Origin: Rhynchobatus australiae
Taxonomy: Eukaryota
Assembly (NCBI GenBank): GCA_034780895.1
Contig: JAUZTB010000098.1
Coordinates: 84,719,738 to 84,783,737 of the forward strand
Direction: 5' to 3'
DNA length: 64,000 nucleotides
Shown here: one piece after another, positions 1 to 12,358 of the stretch
Layout of the letters: each line of letters begins with the position of its first letter
Numbering within the stretch: position 1 is the first letter of the stretch
Notes under the pieces: model-generated
The model's database searches: none
The model's input: only the letters and a program-made list of their open reading frames with translations
What the model was told of the DNA's origin: nothing
Position numbers and translations under genes: made by a program

Positions 1-774
1 TGTAATTTTATTTAATTAAAGGCAGTGTATCATTTTACAAACCTACACAAAATGTTTGGCCAAGTCAGTTATAAAGATCAGTAAATTTCAAACACTGCAC
101 ATTTTAATGAGATGCAGTAGAATTTTGTTCTTCACATTGTTAATAATAATCCTGATTCATTTGTCTTTTAAAAATGTGGCTTTGAGGCATGTGGTTTGAA
201 ATTGGACTTAACTGTGTGAAAAAACAAGCTCCATACTTAGATGCCCTGTTGCAGAAATATGGCTTAAGGCCGATTTGCTTAGCTAATTTATTATTGAACC
301 ACATCAAAAATGTATTACTTGTTCTCATCAGAGGTTAGTTTCACAGTTGGGCCAATAAATGACTTCTCCCAATACAGGTATATATGACGGTACTGCCAAA
401 GTATTTGCATGTGACATAATGCAACGGTTCTAACTGTAGAAAAAAAAGTCAGGGCTAGGGGAAACAAATTTTTGAAAGCCCTGCAGTTCTAAAACTGTTG
501 TTAAGTGTGTTTTTGATGGAAATATCATAACTTCTATCAATAGTATTTTGTATGTGTGTGTTAAATCATGTTTGACATCTATTGTCCATAGAATATAGAC
601 TTCACCGGAAAGTAGTAGTATTAGCATCATTGGATGTGACGGATAATCCATCATGTTAAGATTTCGAAAGCCTTGCACAACTATAAGAGCCAGGTTGCAG
701 AGAAACATGACAAAACCAACTCAGGAGATGTTGCCAGCTTCCAACTTTGACCTTGTCAAATACAATACAAGAAA

Positions 775-1160
775 GAATTTGTGTTTATATAGTGCCTTCC
801 TTGACTTCCCCAAGTACTTTATAGCCAATGAAGGTAGCTTTAAGTGTGGTAACTGCTAGAATGTAGGCTAATGGAGCTGCTAATTTGTGCAAGGTAAACT
901 GCAACAAACAGCAAAGAGATAACAATCAAGTCATTTATTTTAACTATGTTGCTTGAGGGATAAACATCACAACGGGAGTCTGACTCTGCTCTTGATCAAT
1001 AGGGCTTTGATTTATTATGCCATAGAATAGCACCTCTGATTGGGGAATATTCTGTCTGTGAGTGTTAGCCTCAATTTTATGCTCAATTCCTCAGTATAGG
1101 ATTTGAACACACAGTTTTATGATTCAGAGATTAGTGTGGCTGCTGAGCTGTGCCTGACAT
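775..1160 (-). mobile_element. Ancient DeuSINE/SacSINE1-like SINE remnant
   Basis: Recognisable blocks tttatatagtgcctt, cccaagtactttatagccaatgaag, gagggataaa, ctgctcttg and ggatttgaac...ttatgattcagag. Similar copies at about 14505-14880 (+), 30980-31400 (+) and 48130-48430 (-). Family assignment is from memory. Confidence 0.55.
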
Positions 1161-2454
1161 CTATATGTAGTGTATGCTGTATTCTGGACTTGTCCCAATT
1201 TACTTGATATCCTCACTGAGATGAATAATCTCAAACTTCACACAATTTTCCATCTCAGGGGCAGCGTGCCATCTTTGAGCCCTTGCTAATGTGAATATTA
1301 ATCACTGGAAATATTCCACTTTGTGTTAAAGAATAAACATACCTTGTGCTTTCAGTTAACCTGATTTCCTCAGCTCCCAATAAGATACTCCTTCACTGAC
1401 CTGGTAATGATGCCTCTCCTATAGACTTCTTACCTTTCAAGGTTTGCCAGAAACTTGGTCAAAATCCTAAAACTCCTAATTTAAGAGTACTGGAGGAGCA
1501 CAATCACCATGCAGAATGTAGTGTTCAAGATGTTCCACCATGGCTACCTAGGACTGGGCAATAAATGCCAGCCTTGCCAGCCTAATCCACAGCTCAATGA
1601 ATGATTAAAAATACTAAATAACAACACTTAAATGCAAAGAGGGCAACAGGGAACAGAGGAAATGGCTTTCAAGTAGACTGTGGGACTGGACTTCAAACTC
1701 AATGATCATCAAAACTCTTACTGAAATGTCAGTGCATGGTGGGTTAGGTATTAGAGAACATCGTTATAATCATATACGTACAGAGTAATATAATGGACTG
1801 ATGACATTTAAGGGCCCATCTTGTAATATTGGGAGTGATGAAGGCTTCAGGACTCTGGTGTGGGCCAGCCAACATTGCTCATATTCGGAGTTGAAAATAT
1901 GCCACCTGTTATGACTGTGAATGTGTGTTCCTCAGACCATGCAAAGCTTAGGAGTATCAGATCAAAGTAAGTGGTGATGGTGGTGGCTGGGGGTATGTGA
2001 GGGGGGAGTTGCAGCTCGAAGTGATATCAGTGACTAGATGAAGTGTGTAAGGGTTTCATGGCATGTGTGGACCACCGAAAATGGGGAGTTTAGGTTGAAT
2101 GATCAGGGCCTCAGGGGTGAGAACTGGGTGTGGAATCAACACCATGGTTGACAGTACAGGGGTTGAACCTCAAGATCATGGGTAGTTGTGCATTCATTAG
2201 TGGGGCTTATCATTCATAATTGAGGCTGGGGATATGGTTGAGAGTCTGTGAAAATGGGGTGGATGGTTGTGATCCAAAGTCAGGACAAAGATAATGTTCA
2301 AGAGGTTGAAGCAGTGGTTGGAAATTGGGGGAGTGAATGGGAGTCAGGCAGTGTTAAGAGCTGGATTAGGATGATGATCAATTGGGGATAGTGGGTGCTC
2401 ATTGGAAATTGGGATTGATGTCAGCTCTGTGTAAGGTTGAGTCTGGATAATATA

Positions 2455-2552
2455 AGATTTCTTTATTAGTCGCATGTACATCGAAACATACAGTGAAATG
2501 CATCTTCTGCGTAGAGTGTTCTGGGGGCAGCCCTCAAATGTCACCATGCTTC
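2455..2552 (-). repeat. Isolated 3' tail of the SINE family seen at 10758-11036
   Basis: tttattagtcgcatgtacatcgaaacatacagtgaaatgcatc...tgggggcagccc is the reverse complement of about 10950-11034. Confidence 0.75.
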
Positions 2553-3769
2553 GTACAAAGATGGCCAAAGGACTTTGCTAATACAGTGACCTTTCCAACA
2601 TGACATTTATAAAACATGCTTGCTCTAGGAGTGTTCACTGATCATTAATTAACAGTTGCTTATGAATATGTATCATTCAATTTTCTGCACAACTTTCCAA
2701 AAAGAATGTTGCACATGAAATGGATTATGATCAAAGCAAAGGTGAAAACGTGGCTGGAAGTAGTCAGTTGAATTTCTAGCCCTGTGTTAAACATGCCAAA
2801 TAATGTCACAGATGCCACACAGATCTCACTGCGCTGAAAAAAACCATTATGATGGAATCTAATTTCCAAGCCCGTATGTGTTCCCATTCTGTTACTAACA
2901 TTAAACCATGAATAAAAATGCTAATTAGTATCTAATTCCAAGCATAAATAGAGGAAAAGGAAAAATAAAGAGAAATGTTGATTATTTTTACTTTCCTTTC
3001 ATACTTATTCAAAGATTATAGATTTCTGTCCAGTTAGAGGATACTACAGTGACCATCCATTCCCTTTCCACAACATTCTGAGCTTTACATTAGATGTCAC
3101 TTAAAAAAAAGTGCTGTACAACCAATGAATGCTATTTCAAATACAGCCACTCTTATGATGTGGGCACAGCATGCTCTCACAAATAGCAATGTGAGTTAAA
3201 TATTTTATTAGGGCACTGAAAGNNNNNNNNNNNNNNNNNNNNNNNNNNNNNNNNNNNNNNNNNNNNNNNNNNNNNNNNNNNNNNNNNNNNNNNNNNNNNN
3301 NNNNNNNNNNNNNNNNNNNNNNAGGTGCTCTCCTGCTCTTCACAAACTGTTTTGCAGGATCTTTTACTTCCACCCAGAGCTGATGTGCATCTCCTCTCAC
3401 AGTGCGGTGTTCCTCCAGCAATGCGAAAAATGCTGGAGTTTTTGGTCAGGTCTTCTCTGACAGTGCAATGTTTCTCCAGTAGTGCACTGAAAAACTCAAG
3501 TTTTTAGTGCAGTTTCCTCACTGAGAAATGAAAATGCTCCGGGGGTGAGACCAGACACATACTTAATCCTTAGATCACTGGATTATTACAATAGTAGTCC
3601 ATTTGTATATAATTTCAGTGGTATTAAAAGGGAAATATTTATGTAATGTATTTCTCCTAGTTCTCATGACAGAGGAGGTCATTCAATCTATCCTGGTTCT
3701 CAGAACAATCCCATCAATCGCATTCTCCTATTTATTTTCCTGTGAGCCATCTCTCTCACATGCCTATCA

Positions 3770-3955
3770 ACTCCACCCTGATTCTCCTACCAGCCACTGA
3801 CACCAGAGATAATTTACCAATTAACCTCCCAACCAGCTCATCTTTGGGCTATGGAAGGAAACCAGAGCATACTGAGGAAACCTATGCTGCCACAGGAAAA
3901 ACATGTAAACTCCACACAGACAGCACCAAAGGTCAAGATAGAACCTGGGACTCCA
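3770..3955 (-). mobile_element. Older V-SINE (HE1-like) copy
   Basis: Reverse-complement V-domain: ggaaggaaaccagagcatactgaggaaacctatg...aaactccacacagacagcacc. Confidence 0.7.
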
Positions 3956-4226
3956 GTAACCAAGTTGGGATTCAGTGTCTCAGTTCAGCTAGCTATGACT
4001 TTTGCTGCCTCCCATTGTCAATCAGCACTTTTCTTCTCCATCATTGACCTCAGTGACCTCCAGCAGTTAAAGGATCACTGATCAGCACATTTCCAAATTC
4101 TATTTCCAATTTTTTAAAGGCATTTGCCAGTCCTATTCCAGAGCTTTGGGTTTCTGCAGCTGAAGACAAATTATTGCCAATAATTTCAACATTCTACTGA
4201 ACTAGTTTCATCTTCTTGTTTCTCAG

Positions 4227-4316
4227 GCTCTGGATGGATTTGTGCTGTTGGTGAGTGCTGACGGAATGGTATTTTATGTGTCTCCCACAATCATTGACTA
4301 CCTGGGATTTCATCAG
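4227..4316 (+). CDS. AHRR: AHRR coding exon (PAS-A start; AHR exon-4 equivalent), [30 protein letters not shown]
   Basis: Acceptor tttctcag and donor CAG|gtaagg; 90 nt, phase 0/0. The peptide matches the PAS-A motif of AHR/AHRR (xLNGFxLVV...DYLGFHQ). Confidence 0.95.
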
Positions 4317-6899
4317 GTAAGGAGCCCAGAAGTTGTTCTGCACCTTAAAAGGCACATTAAAAGTAGTGTCACCTGAGGGACCCCTGCTTGTTTTGCATGT
4401 GTACAGCCTGCAGCAATATTCCATTGTCCAGGAGGCCACTGATGCACAATTGAACAGGACTTGCACAGAAACCTTGAACAAATGCACAAAGGCCTCACCT
4501 CCATTTGTGCCACCAGCTGGTGAAGGAGTCAGGTAGGTTGTGGTCACTGGATGGGCTAAGTGGATTTTGAAAGTGATTTGTGAGGAGGTGGGTAGTATAA
4601 AGAGGTTGAGAGCTTCATTCATGGGCCACAAAAATCAGGTTGAAACATTGGGGCAGGATATGGATCAGGCTGGGGACTAATGGTGGAGGATCAACAGGAT
4701 AACCATAGTAGGATTAAGCAGAGTGTGCTGGAGGATAAGAGAGAGATGAATATTAATCTTAAAGGGGGCAGAACAGTAGGAATATCTATGCAGTGGACCA
4801 CTCGGCTATGGATCAGGTGAGGGTGGTCCTCTGCAAGTCACCTGTCTTGTGAAGGTGACATCGACTGGTGTTTTACACACTCCTTGACAGGACAGTCCAT
4901 GTTTGGATGCATACCTTACATATAGAAGGCAAACAGCAAATTTGATGTTCAATGTGAATTGTAACTTTTAGACAAAATGTTGCACCAAGTTAAAGAATAT
5001 CTAAGTCTGTGACTTTCATGCAGGTGATGTCACTATTCTGCCTTTGAGTTTCAAATCTATGATCTTCCATTCCTTGAATACAAGGCACATCAGCTGAGGA
5101 TCAAACACCCTCTGAGAGGGACATGGTTGAAGTCTTAGAGAGAATAATCCCAAGCTGTTCCTTCTCAGTGGTCCAATGTCCCTTTTACAAAGTTCATTTA
5201 CACTTGCATGGAGGGTGAATTGCACAGGCCACTCACGTGGAAGCAGCTCTTCACAGGAGAGGTGAGGCCTGCTTTCTTGTGACATGCTGGGAATCATCTT
5301 GACCTGGTCCATGGCCACCATGACCTGTCATGGAGTGGCTAATATCAGGGTCAAATAGTGCTCAGAAATCACTCTAAATTATATACAACTGATATTTCTT
5401 TTAACTGAGGATGGGCATGCCATTAGGATGCCAATGACTGAAAGAGCTGGCCCACCTACTGAAAAATTGTAGTTCAACTAAACATACACTGCACAGCCTT
5501 AAATTCAAAATAAGTGCCACCTGGTATTCTGTTCCAAGAGCAGGCTAAGGAGAATGTGATTGCTGGCAGCCACACGGCTGTGTTGTGGCTGGCAGGGGAA
5601 TAAAGGAGTAGGTGGTTGAGGGAGCAGGGAGCCTGGCACTGATGGATGATTGGGTGTCGGTTGGGGGTGTTGTGGCAATCAGAGGGAGCCTCGCTCTGAG
5701 GGACAGATGATGTGGAAAGAGAAAGAGTTTGGAGGAACCACATTATGGATGGTTGGAGGTGTGGAACAGAACNNNNNNNNNNNNNNNNNNNNNNNNNNNN
5801 NNNNNNNNNNNNNNNNNNNNNNNNNNNNNNNNNNNNNNNNNNNNNNNNNNNNNNNNNNNNNNNNNNNNNNNNGGAACAGAACTGGTTTTATGGTCTGGGA
5901 CTTGGGTAATCATGGGGTAATTGACTTAGCTGGCATGCATACCATTTGGAGGCTGGGTTGGGAAGACCACATCATCCCAGGCAATGTGGTCCAAGTTTCC
6001 CCATAATACTCCAGAAGAAGCATTGCCAAAGGAATGATGTCACCCCAAGAGCCTCAGTACCTGGAAGTGACTGGTCAAACTTCCAGAGTGACACCAGACA
6101 ATCTGGAAATTGTTGTCATCACTCTTTGTTCTGGAAAAATAAATATTCAAATACAAAAGTCTGTAAATAAAACACTTAGAATGAGTTATCTACAGTGCCT
6201 GGAAATAGGAAAATAAAAGAGACATGTTTTTCTTTAAAAGTTGCTCACATTTGAGAACTGCATCATACCATCGATATTAACAAATTTGACACCTGTGAGT
6301 AGTTCTATGGGTACAAAACTGGCTAAGAGTATGAACAACTGCTTTCTTTAAGAATACAGAGCTGTCACCACAGTGAGCCAAATTACATCCTTTTGTGTTT
6401 TATGTCGTTGATGTTTAAGATGACAGGGATAGTCTGGGAGATGTTGAAGGGTGAGNNNNNNNNNNNNNNNNNNNNNNNNNNNNNNNNNNNNNNNNNNNNN
6501 NNNNNNNNNNNNNNNNNNNNNNNNNNNNNNNNNNNNNNNNNNNNNNNNNNNNNNNNNNNNNNNNNNNNNNNNNNNNNNNNNNNNNNNNNNNNNNNNNNNN
6601 NNNNNNNNNNNNNNNNNNNNNNNNNNNNNNNNNNNNNNNNNNNNNNNNNNNNNNNNNNNNNNNNNNNNNNNNNNNNNNNNNNNNNNNNNNNNNNNNNNNN
6701 NNNNNNNNNNNNNNNNNNNNNNNNNNNNNNNNNNNNNNNNNNNNNNNNNNNNNNNNNNNNNNNNNNNNNNNNNNNNNNNNNNNNNNNNNNNNNNNNNNNC
6801 ATGTATTGCAAGCATGGATCCAAATTCTTCTGTTATGCATTTGATGACCTATGTGCTTTATCACAATTCACTTTGAATAACTGTCCACTAACATCATTC

Positions 6900-8640
6900 T
6901 CTCTCATTGTAGTCCATGTGGACTCACTGGCATGGTGTTGAGGGTCAATTCTACACTTGGACTGGAGCACATGAATGGGTATTTAGCCCTTGTGCCCCTT
7001 AATACCAATAAGGGAGTCTTTGAACACCTCTGCAGAGGTTCCAGAAGTTTATATAGACATGGTTGTAAAGTGCTCATTCTGAAGATGTTCTTCAAATCAT
7101 TCTTTGATTCTCTCAGTATATCTTTCCTGAAAATGGCATTTTGCTGTATACTTATTTGCATGGTCCATTATCATGCCAGATCTCTGCTGGGCCCTGCTAT
7201 GGTCGTAACTCTATTCTACCAACTGTTGATGAAGAATGAACTATAATAGTGGGGAATGGGAGTGTTCAAAGAAGGTGTATGACCTCAGCATCAGGATATA
7301 TATACCTGTACTTCTACCCAAGATAGATCAGTCAGCAGCTATGTAAAAGTTTATATAGATAGAAAGGTAATTAACTTTTATTTTAACTTTAAAAATGCTG
7401 CCTTTCCTATTGATACTACAATGGCATCTCTACTGTTTAAAATTTGCTCTTCAGACCATTTACCAGCCTCAGCATCATAGAGACTTTTCCTTTGCGGTTT
7501 CCTTTTGTCAATATTTNNNNNNNNNNNNNNNNNNNNNNNNNNNNNNNNNNNNNNNNNNNNNNNNNNNNNNNNNNNNNNNNNNNNNNNNNNNNNNNNNNNN
7601 NNNNNNNNNNNNNNNNNNNNNNNNNNNNNNNNNNNNNNNNNNNNNNNNNNNNNNNNNNNNNNNNNNNNNNNNNNNNNNNNNNNNNNNNNNNNNNNNNNNN
7701 NNNNNNNNNNNNNNNNNNNNNNNNNNNNNNNNNNNNNNNNNNNNNNNNNNNNNNNNNNNNNNNNNNNNNNNNNNNNNNNNNNNNNNNNNNNNNNNNNNNN
7801 NNNNNNNNNNNNNNNNNNNNNNNNNNNNNNNNNNNNNNNNNATGACTTTGTCTCGCTACACTTGTCCAGAAAGGTTCCAAAGTTACAATGTTGTGACAAG
7901 TTCTTCAAGGCCACTGTTTAATAACTATGGACCTTGCCTGACCTTTGAGTTCTGGTTGCAAGTTTATATATTTCTATGATCTCCAAGAGTTCTAGGTTAA
8001 ATTGATTCAGTAATCTCCATCAGCTCACCAAATGAAATATCTTTTTTGTTGTGTGCATCAGATCTAAGTCACTTACTATCTGTGACTATTTCTATCAGTG
8101 AGGTTGTTTCTCTCTATGGCTTTATTTTGGGTAGACAGAATTGTGCCCATGCCATCAACTTTAACTAAATTTTTTGCCCTGAGAAACATTTCCATTAGTT
8201 CTATGTATAACCTGAAAGTGCCCTATACTTTATTATAGACTCCAAGATTGCTGATGTAACTGGATTGGAGCTGTGCCTCCATCTTGCATCATTCCCTTCT
8301 TCTAGTTGCAAGTGTTAACCCAATGATCCCATGCACAAGCATATAATTTTCAGCTCAAGTTCAACCTGTGTTCTATTGCTTTTGATCTGCACTTTGACAT
8401 TACTGTGATTGACTTTACTATCACAAGTATTGAGTTGATCGACTGTCTTCGCAACTTTGCAACTTCGGGCAACTCACTGGGCCTGTCCTCGTTGCCAGTG
8501 TAAGGTACATACTCTGGTAAGTTTCTAATTTAGTAACTTTCTGGGCGAGGCACAGGAAACACAGATGGCTCTACAAATTGCATCAGATTTATTTGATGGC
8601 AGAGATGTGTACAATGAAGCCCATGTGATTAAGTACATCG
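6900..8640 (-). mobile_element. Old, decayed Gypsy-type LTR element remnant in an AHRR intron
   Basis: On the - strand, ...TTACA C TGGCAACGAGGA (8486-8503) looks like an LTR end plus a tRNA-Ser-like PBS. Gag-like motif ALKNLSQHCNFGTFLDK..RDK at about 7845-7915. Boundaries are uncertain and the element is interrupted by a gap. Confidence 0.6.
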
Positions 8641-10757
8641 CACTGGGCATTGCACATATTAATACACACAACAGCTGTATTTAAAAACACCAGCATCCAG
8701 TCAGAGGATGTATTTAAAATCATCTGAACGTCAGTGAGTTTGTGATAAAAATACAGATGAGGTACTGAGAGGATATCTAAAATCACCCAGGCCACATGAA
8801 TGGCATAATCTATAGCCGTCTGGACCTCAGTGAGAAAGGGCATTTATAATGATCAAGTTGTTAAGTCAGACATGTTTAAAATTGGTCCAACCTCAGTGAA
8901 GAGGTATTTTAAATATTGCAGGGTGGGGGTGAGGGGAGGGGGAATGGGTAGAATGGTCAGCCTGTCAGATTGTTCCCTCCCTACACTTTCAATGAAATTA
9001 AAAGAAGATTAGTTTGTAGCATGAACATCCCCTTGAAGTATTGCTGGCAAGAGCCCCGGGACCAGTTAAGTGCCAGTGGAATGCAGTGATTACTGGAATC
9101 TGCTGTCCTTCTGAAAATTGAACATCCCTTTATATAGCATATTTAACATAGCAAAACATCCCAAGGGCTTCACAAGAGCTTTATCAAACAAAATTTGACA
9201 CCAGCAAATGAAAATCAAGAAGTTGAAATTGTTGGAAATCTGAAATAAAGACAGAAAATGCTAGAAATTCTCAGCAACTCAGGCTTCATTTGTAGAAAGG
9301 GAAATAGAGTTAACATTTCAGGTCAAAGGCTCTTTGTCAGAAGTGAAATGTTAATTCTGATTCATTTTCCACAGATGCTGCCTGACCTGCTGAGTGCTGC
9401 CAGCAATTTGTTTTATTTAAAATTTGACACCAAATTACATAAGAGTAGATGATTGTAGAGGGTCAAAATCTTGGTAAAAGTTAGGGTTTAAGAAGTATCT
9501 TAGAGGTGGAAAAGGAGGCAGCAAACTACAGAGTTTAAGGGACCAGATTTCAGAGTTTGGGAACTTGGAAACTCACAGGGATGTAGATCTAAAGGAACTT
9601 AAAAAGTTATTACTGAACATGGAGCCAATATAGGTCAGTGAGCACCAAGATAATGGGTGAATGGGACTTGGCAAGATTTTGGGCACAGGCAGCAGAAATT
9701 TGGATGACTTCCAGTTTGCAGAGAAGGGATCAATGGAGGCTGACCAATGTGTGTTGGAAAAGTCAGGGATTAATTTATTAAAGATAGAGATGAGCTTTTG
9801 CAACTGGATTTATCTTGAGACAGTAAAACTCATAGCAGAAAAAGGAAAGATTTGTTCATTTTCTTTGAATAAAGGCTGGAAATTGAATGCTTCAGCACTG
9901 CTCAGGACTCAGTACATTAACTACAAATCTAGCATTCAAGGACTAATTTTCTGTTCACCTCAATGAAAGACATATAAGGATGAAGGTGAGGTTATATTAG
10001 GTAATTGCAGTAGGTTACTTATAATTGCAACCTTTGCATAATATCAAGCTTGTGCCAGAAGAAACACTCCAGACTCCTTTTCAACAGGCTGGTCTCATGC
10101 AATGGACATTCGATCCGCCAGCTGCAATGTTCTGTGATGTGTTTCAAGTGTTGGCTACTTGTGACAATCGTGTACAAATGTTCAGTCATTGTTTTCTTCT
10201 ATTCAGCCCATAGCGTGCCACAGCTCTGGAAAATATGGAAATGATAAATATTTCAGAAAGCCATATCACCCAAAGCATTCCTGTCAGTGAGGAGGGGGAG
10301 GGGAAAAACAAGTTTTATTTAAAGATTTTAGTCCATTGCAAAGTACAGTTAATCAGAAGAGGGAGCCACAACTGGTGTTTACCCAAAGCCTAACCACAGC
10401 AGGAGACTGATCATGCTGGTATATGTTAGGTGTGATAGTGTGGTATTCTTCTCTGCTAGTTTCAATGGCCCAAGTGATTTTTGATTGCATTTTTTCTTGA
10501 ATGAAGCACTTAATTTAGGTGCCTTAGGTGGTGTAAAATATAACACTGTGTTTTTCAAGGAACTTCCTTGGCAAAATACTTATTGCTCAATCAGTCTCAC
10601 TAGAAAAAATTTTCTTGTCATTACTTAATTATTATTCTGAATACAAGTTGAATGCAGGGTTTCCCACATTGAAATGGTGAGAATCTTTCAGATAGCATGA
10701 AATCTAATTGCAGGGCATTTTGAGATGAACTGAAGTTGCGAAACCCCCAATATTACA

Positions 10758-11036
10758 TGGCAGTGTAGCGGTTAGCGTAACACTATTACAGCACCAGCAA
10801 CCCGGGTTCAATTCTGCCGCTGTGTGTAAGGAGTTTGTACGTTCTCCCCGTGTCTGCGTGAGTTTCCTCTGCGTGCTCCGGTTTCCTCCCACATTCCAAA
10901 GATGTACAGATTAGGAGCAGTGGGCACGTTGGCGCTAGAAGAGTGGCGACACTTGCGGGCTGCCCCCATCACATTCTCAGTAATGCAAAGTGATGCATTT
11001 CACTGTGTGTTTCGATGTACGTGTGACTAATAAATA
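10758..11036 (+). mobile_element. tRNA-derived V-SINE (HE1-like head) with a Rex1-like 3' tail
   Basis: A/B-box-like head (ggcagtgtagcggttagc...cccgggttcaattc), V-domain gagtttgtacgttctccccgtgtctgcgtgagtttcc...ctccggtttcctcccacattccaaaga, and tail ...cactgtgtgtttcgatgtacgtgtgactaataaa. Confidence 0.85.
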
Positions 11037-11839
11037 AGGCTTTTTTATTTCATCTAATAGAAGATGAGACATGTTTTATTAGATGAATAAAACATGTCTC
11101 ATCTATTCATGATGAGAGGAAAGTGATAAACAGTGAGAGGATCTTACGATAAAGTTAGCAATTATTCATGGTTTTGATTCACCAAATATACAAAGTTCTT
11201 TAACCAGAGGGGGAATAGTTAATAATGCTAATTTCTAAACCTTTCTTGTTTTCCTACATCCCAGTCCTTTATTCAATCAGTAGTGAGATAACCTAAACTC
11301 AAGCCTATGCCACTCAGCTTAGTTACCAGTTACTAAGTGTTAACTGACTCAGGTGGATTTATCTTGTTTCTCCTGCTGAAGATATAGGGCTTAGCCTAAT
11401 GGGCTGACACTAGCTGTGAACTGAAGATGGTGTGATCCAGGTGTGAAACTTTGCTTTCGGATGCCAGTACATAAATCACTATCACCTAGCATATACCATA
11501 TACACATGTGTATAAATCACATCACCAAGTCCCTACCAGTCAATGCACACCGGTATATCACTATTATCCAGTACACACCAGTATCTGCATCACCAACTCC
11601 CAGTGTATACCATTTAGTCCCCATCAGTATGTAAGCCACCACTATTAAGCATATATGATACACTATTAAGCACACTGGATATAAATCACCAGCAACAAAC
11701 AAGGTGCTGGAGGAACTCAGCAGGTCAGGTAGCATCAGTGGAGGGAAATGGACAGTTGATGTTTTGGGTCAGGACCCTTCATTGGTCCAGCACCAGCACC
11801 TAAAATGCACCATACAATGGACAGCTATACATACATATA

Positions 11840-12358
11840 AATGCATTGTTTAGTGCTGATATATATTGATTTGGATTATATGGTATCAAATGGATTAAGG
11901 AATGTTGGGGGAATGGCAGGTATATTGGNNNNNNNNNNNNNNNNNNNNNNNNNNNNNNNNNNNNNNNNNNNNNNNNNNNNNNNNNNNNNNNNNNNNNNNN
12001 NNNNNNNNNNNNNNNNNNNNNNNNNNNNATATGCATCCCAACAATACCCATCAGCTTGGGTAGTGTACAGAAGTGAACATTGCATACCAGAATATAATTT
12101 CCCAGCACTCAGTGCACACCATTCAGACCACACAATGCTAGCACACAAAGTGTGGTGTAGAGGAACATGAGTAAGGTATTTAGCATTCCTACAGTGAAAC
12201 ACATTCATTCATCTTGTTGATTTCATAAGCTGATGGGTGTTGTTGGGATGCATATCTGAAACTATCTTGCCAATATACCTGCCATTCCCCCAACATTCCT
12301 TAATCCATTTGATACCATATAATCCAAATCAATATATATCAGCACCAAACAATGCATT
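11840..12358. repeat. Long inverted repeat (foldback) in an AHRR intron
   Basis: 11840-11928 pairs with 12270-12358 (88/89), and 12029-12057 pairs with 12227-12255 (28/29). Confidence 0.9.

Noticed and set aside
1-4226. Search for upstream AHRR exons (bHLH and linker)
   Set aside because: No convincing exon found; they presumably lie upstream of the window or in a gap.
6348-7979. Several long ORFs in the track
   Set aside because: Their length comes from runs of N translated as X.
10211-10217. XRE consensus TAGCGTG in an AHRR intron (another at about 25641 on -)
   Set aside because: Isolated 7-mers at chance frequency with no cluster; the known AHRR XREs lie near the 5' end, outside the window.
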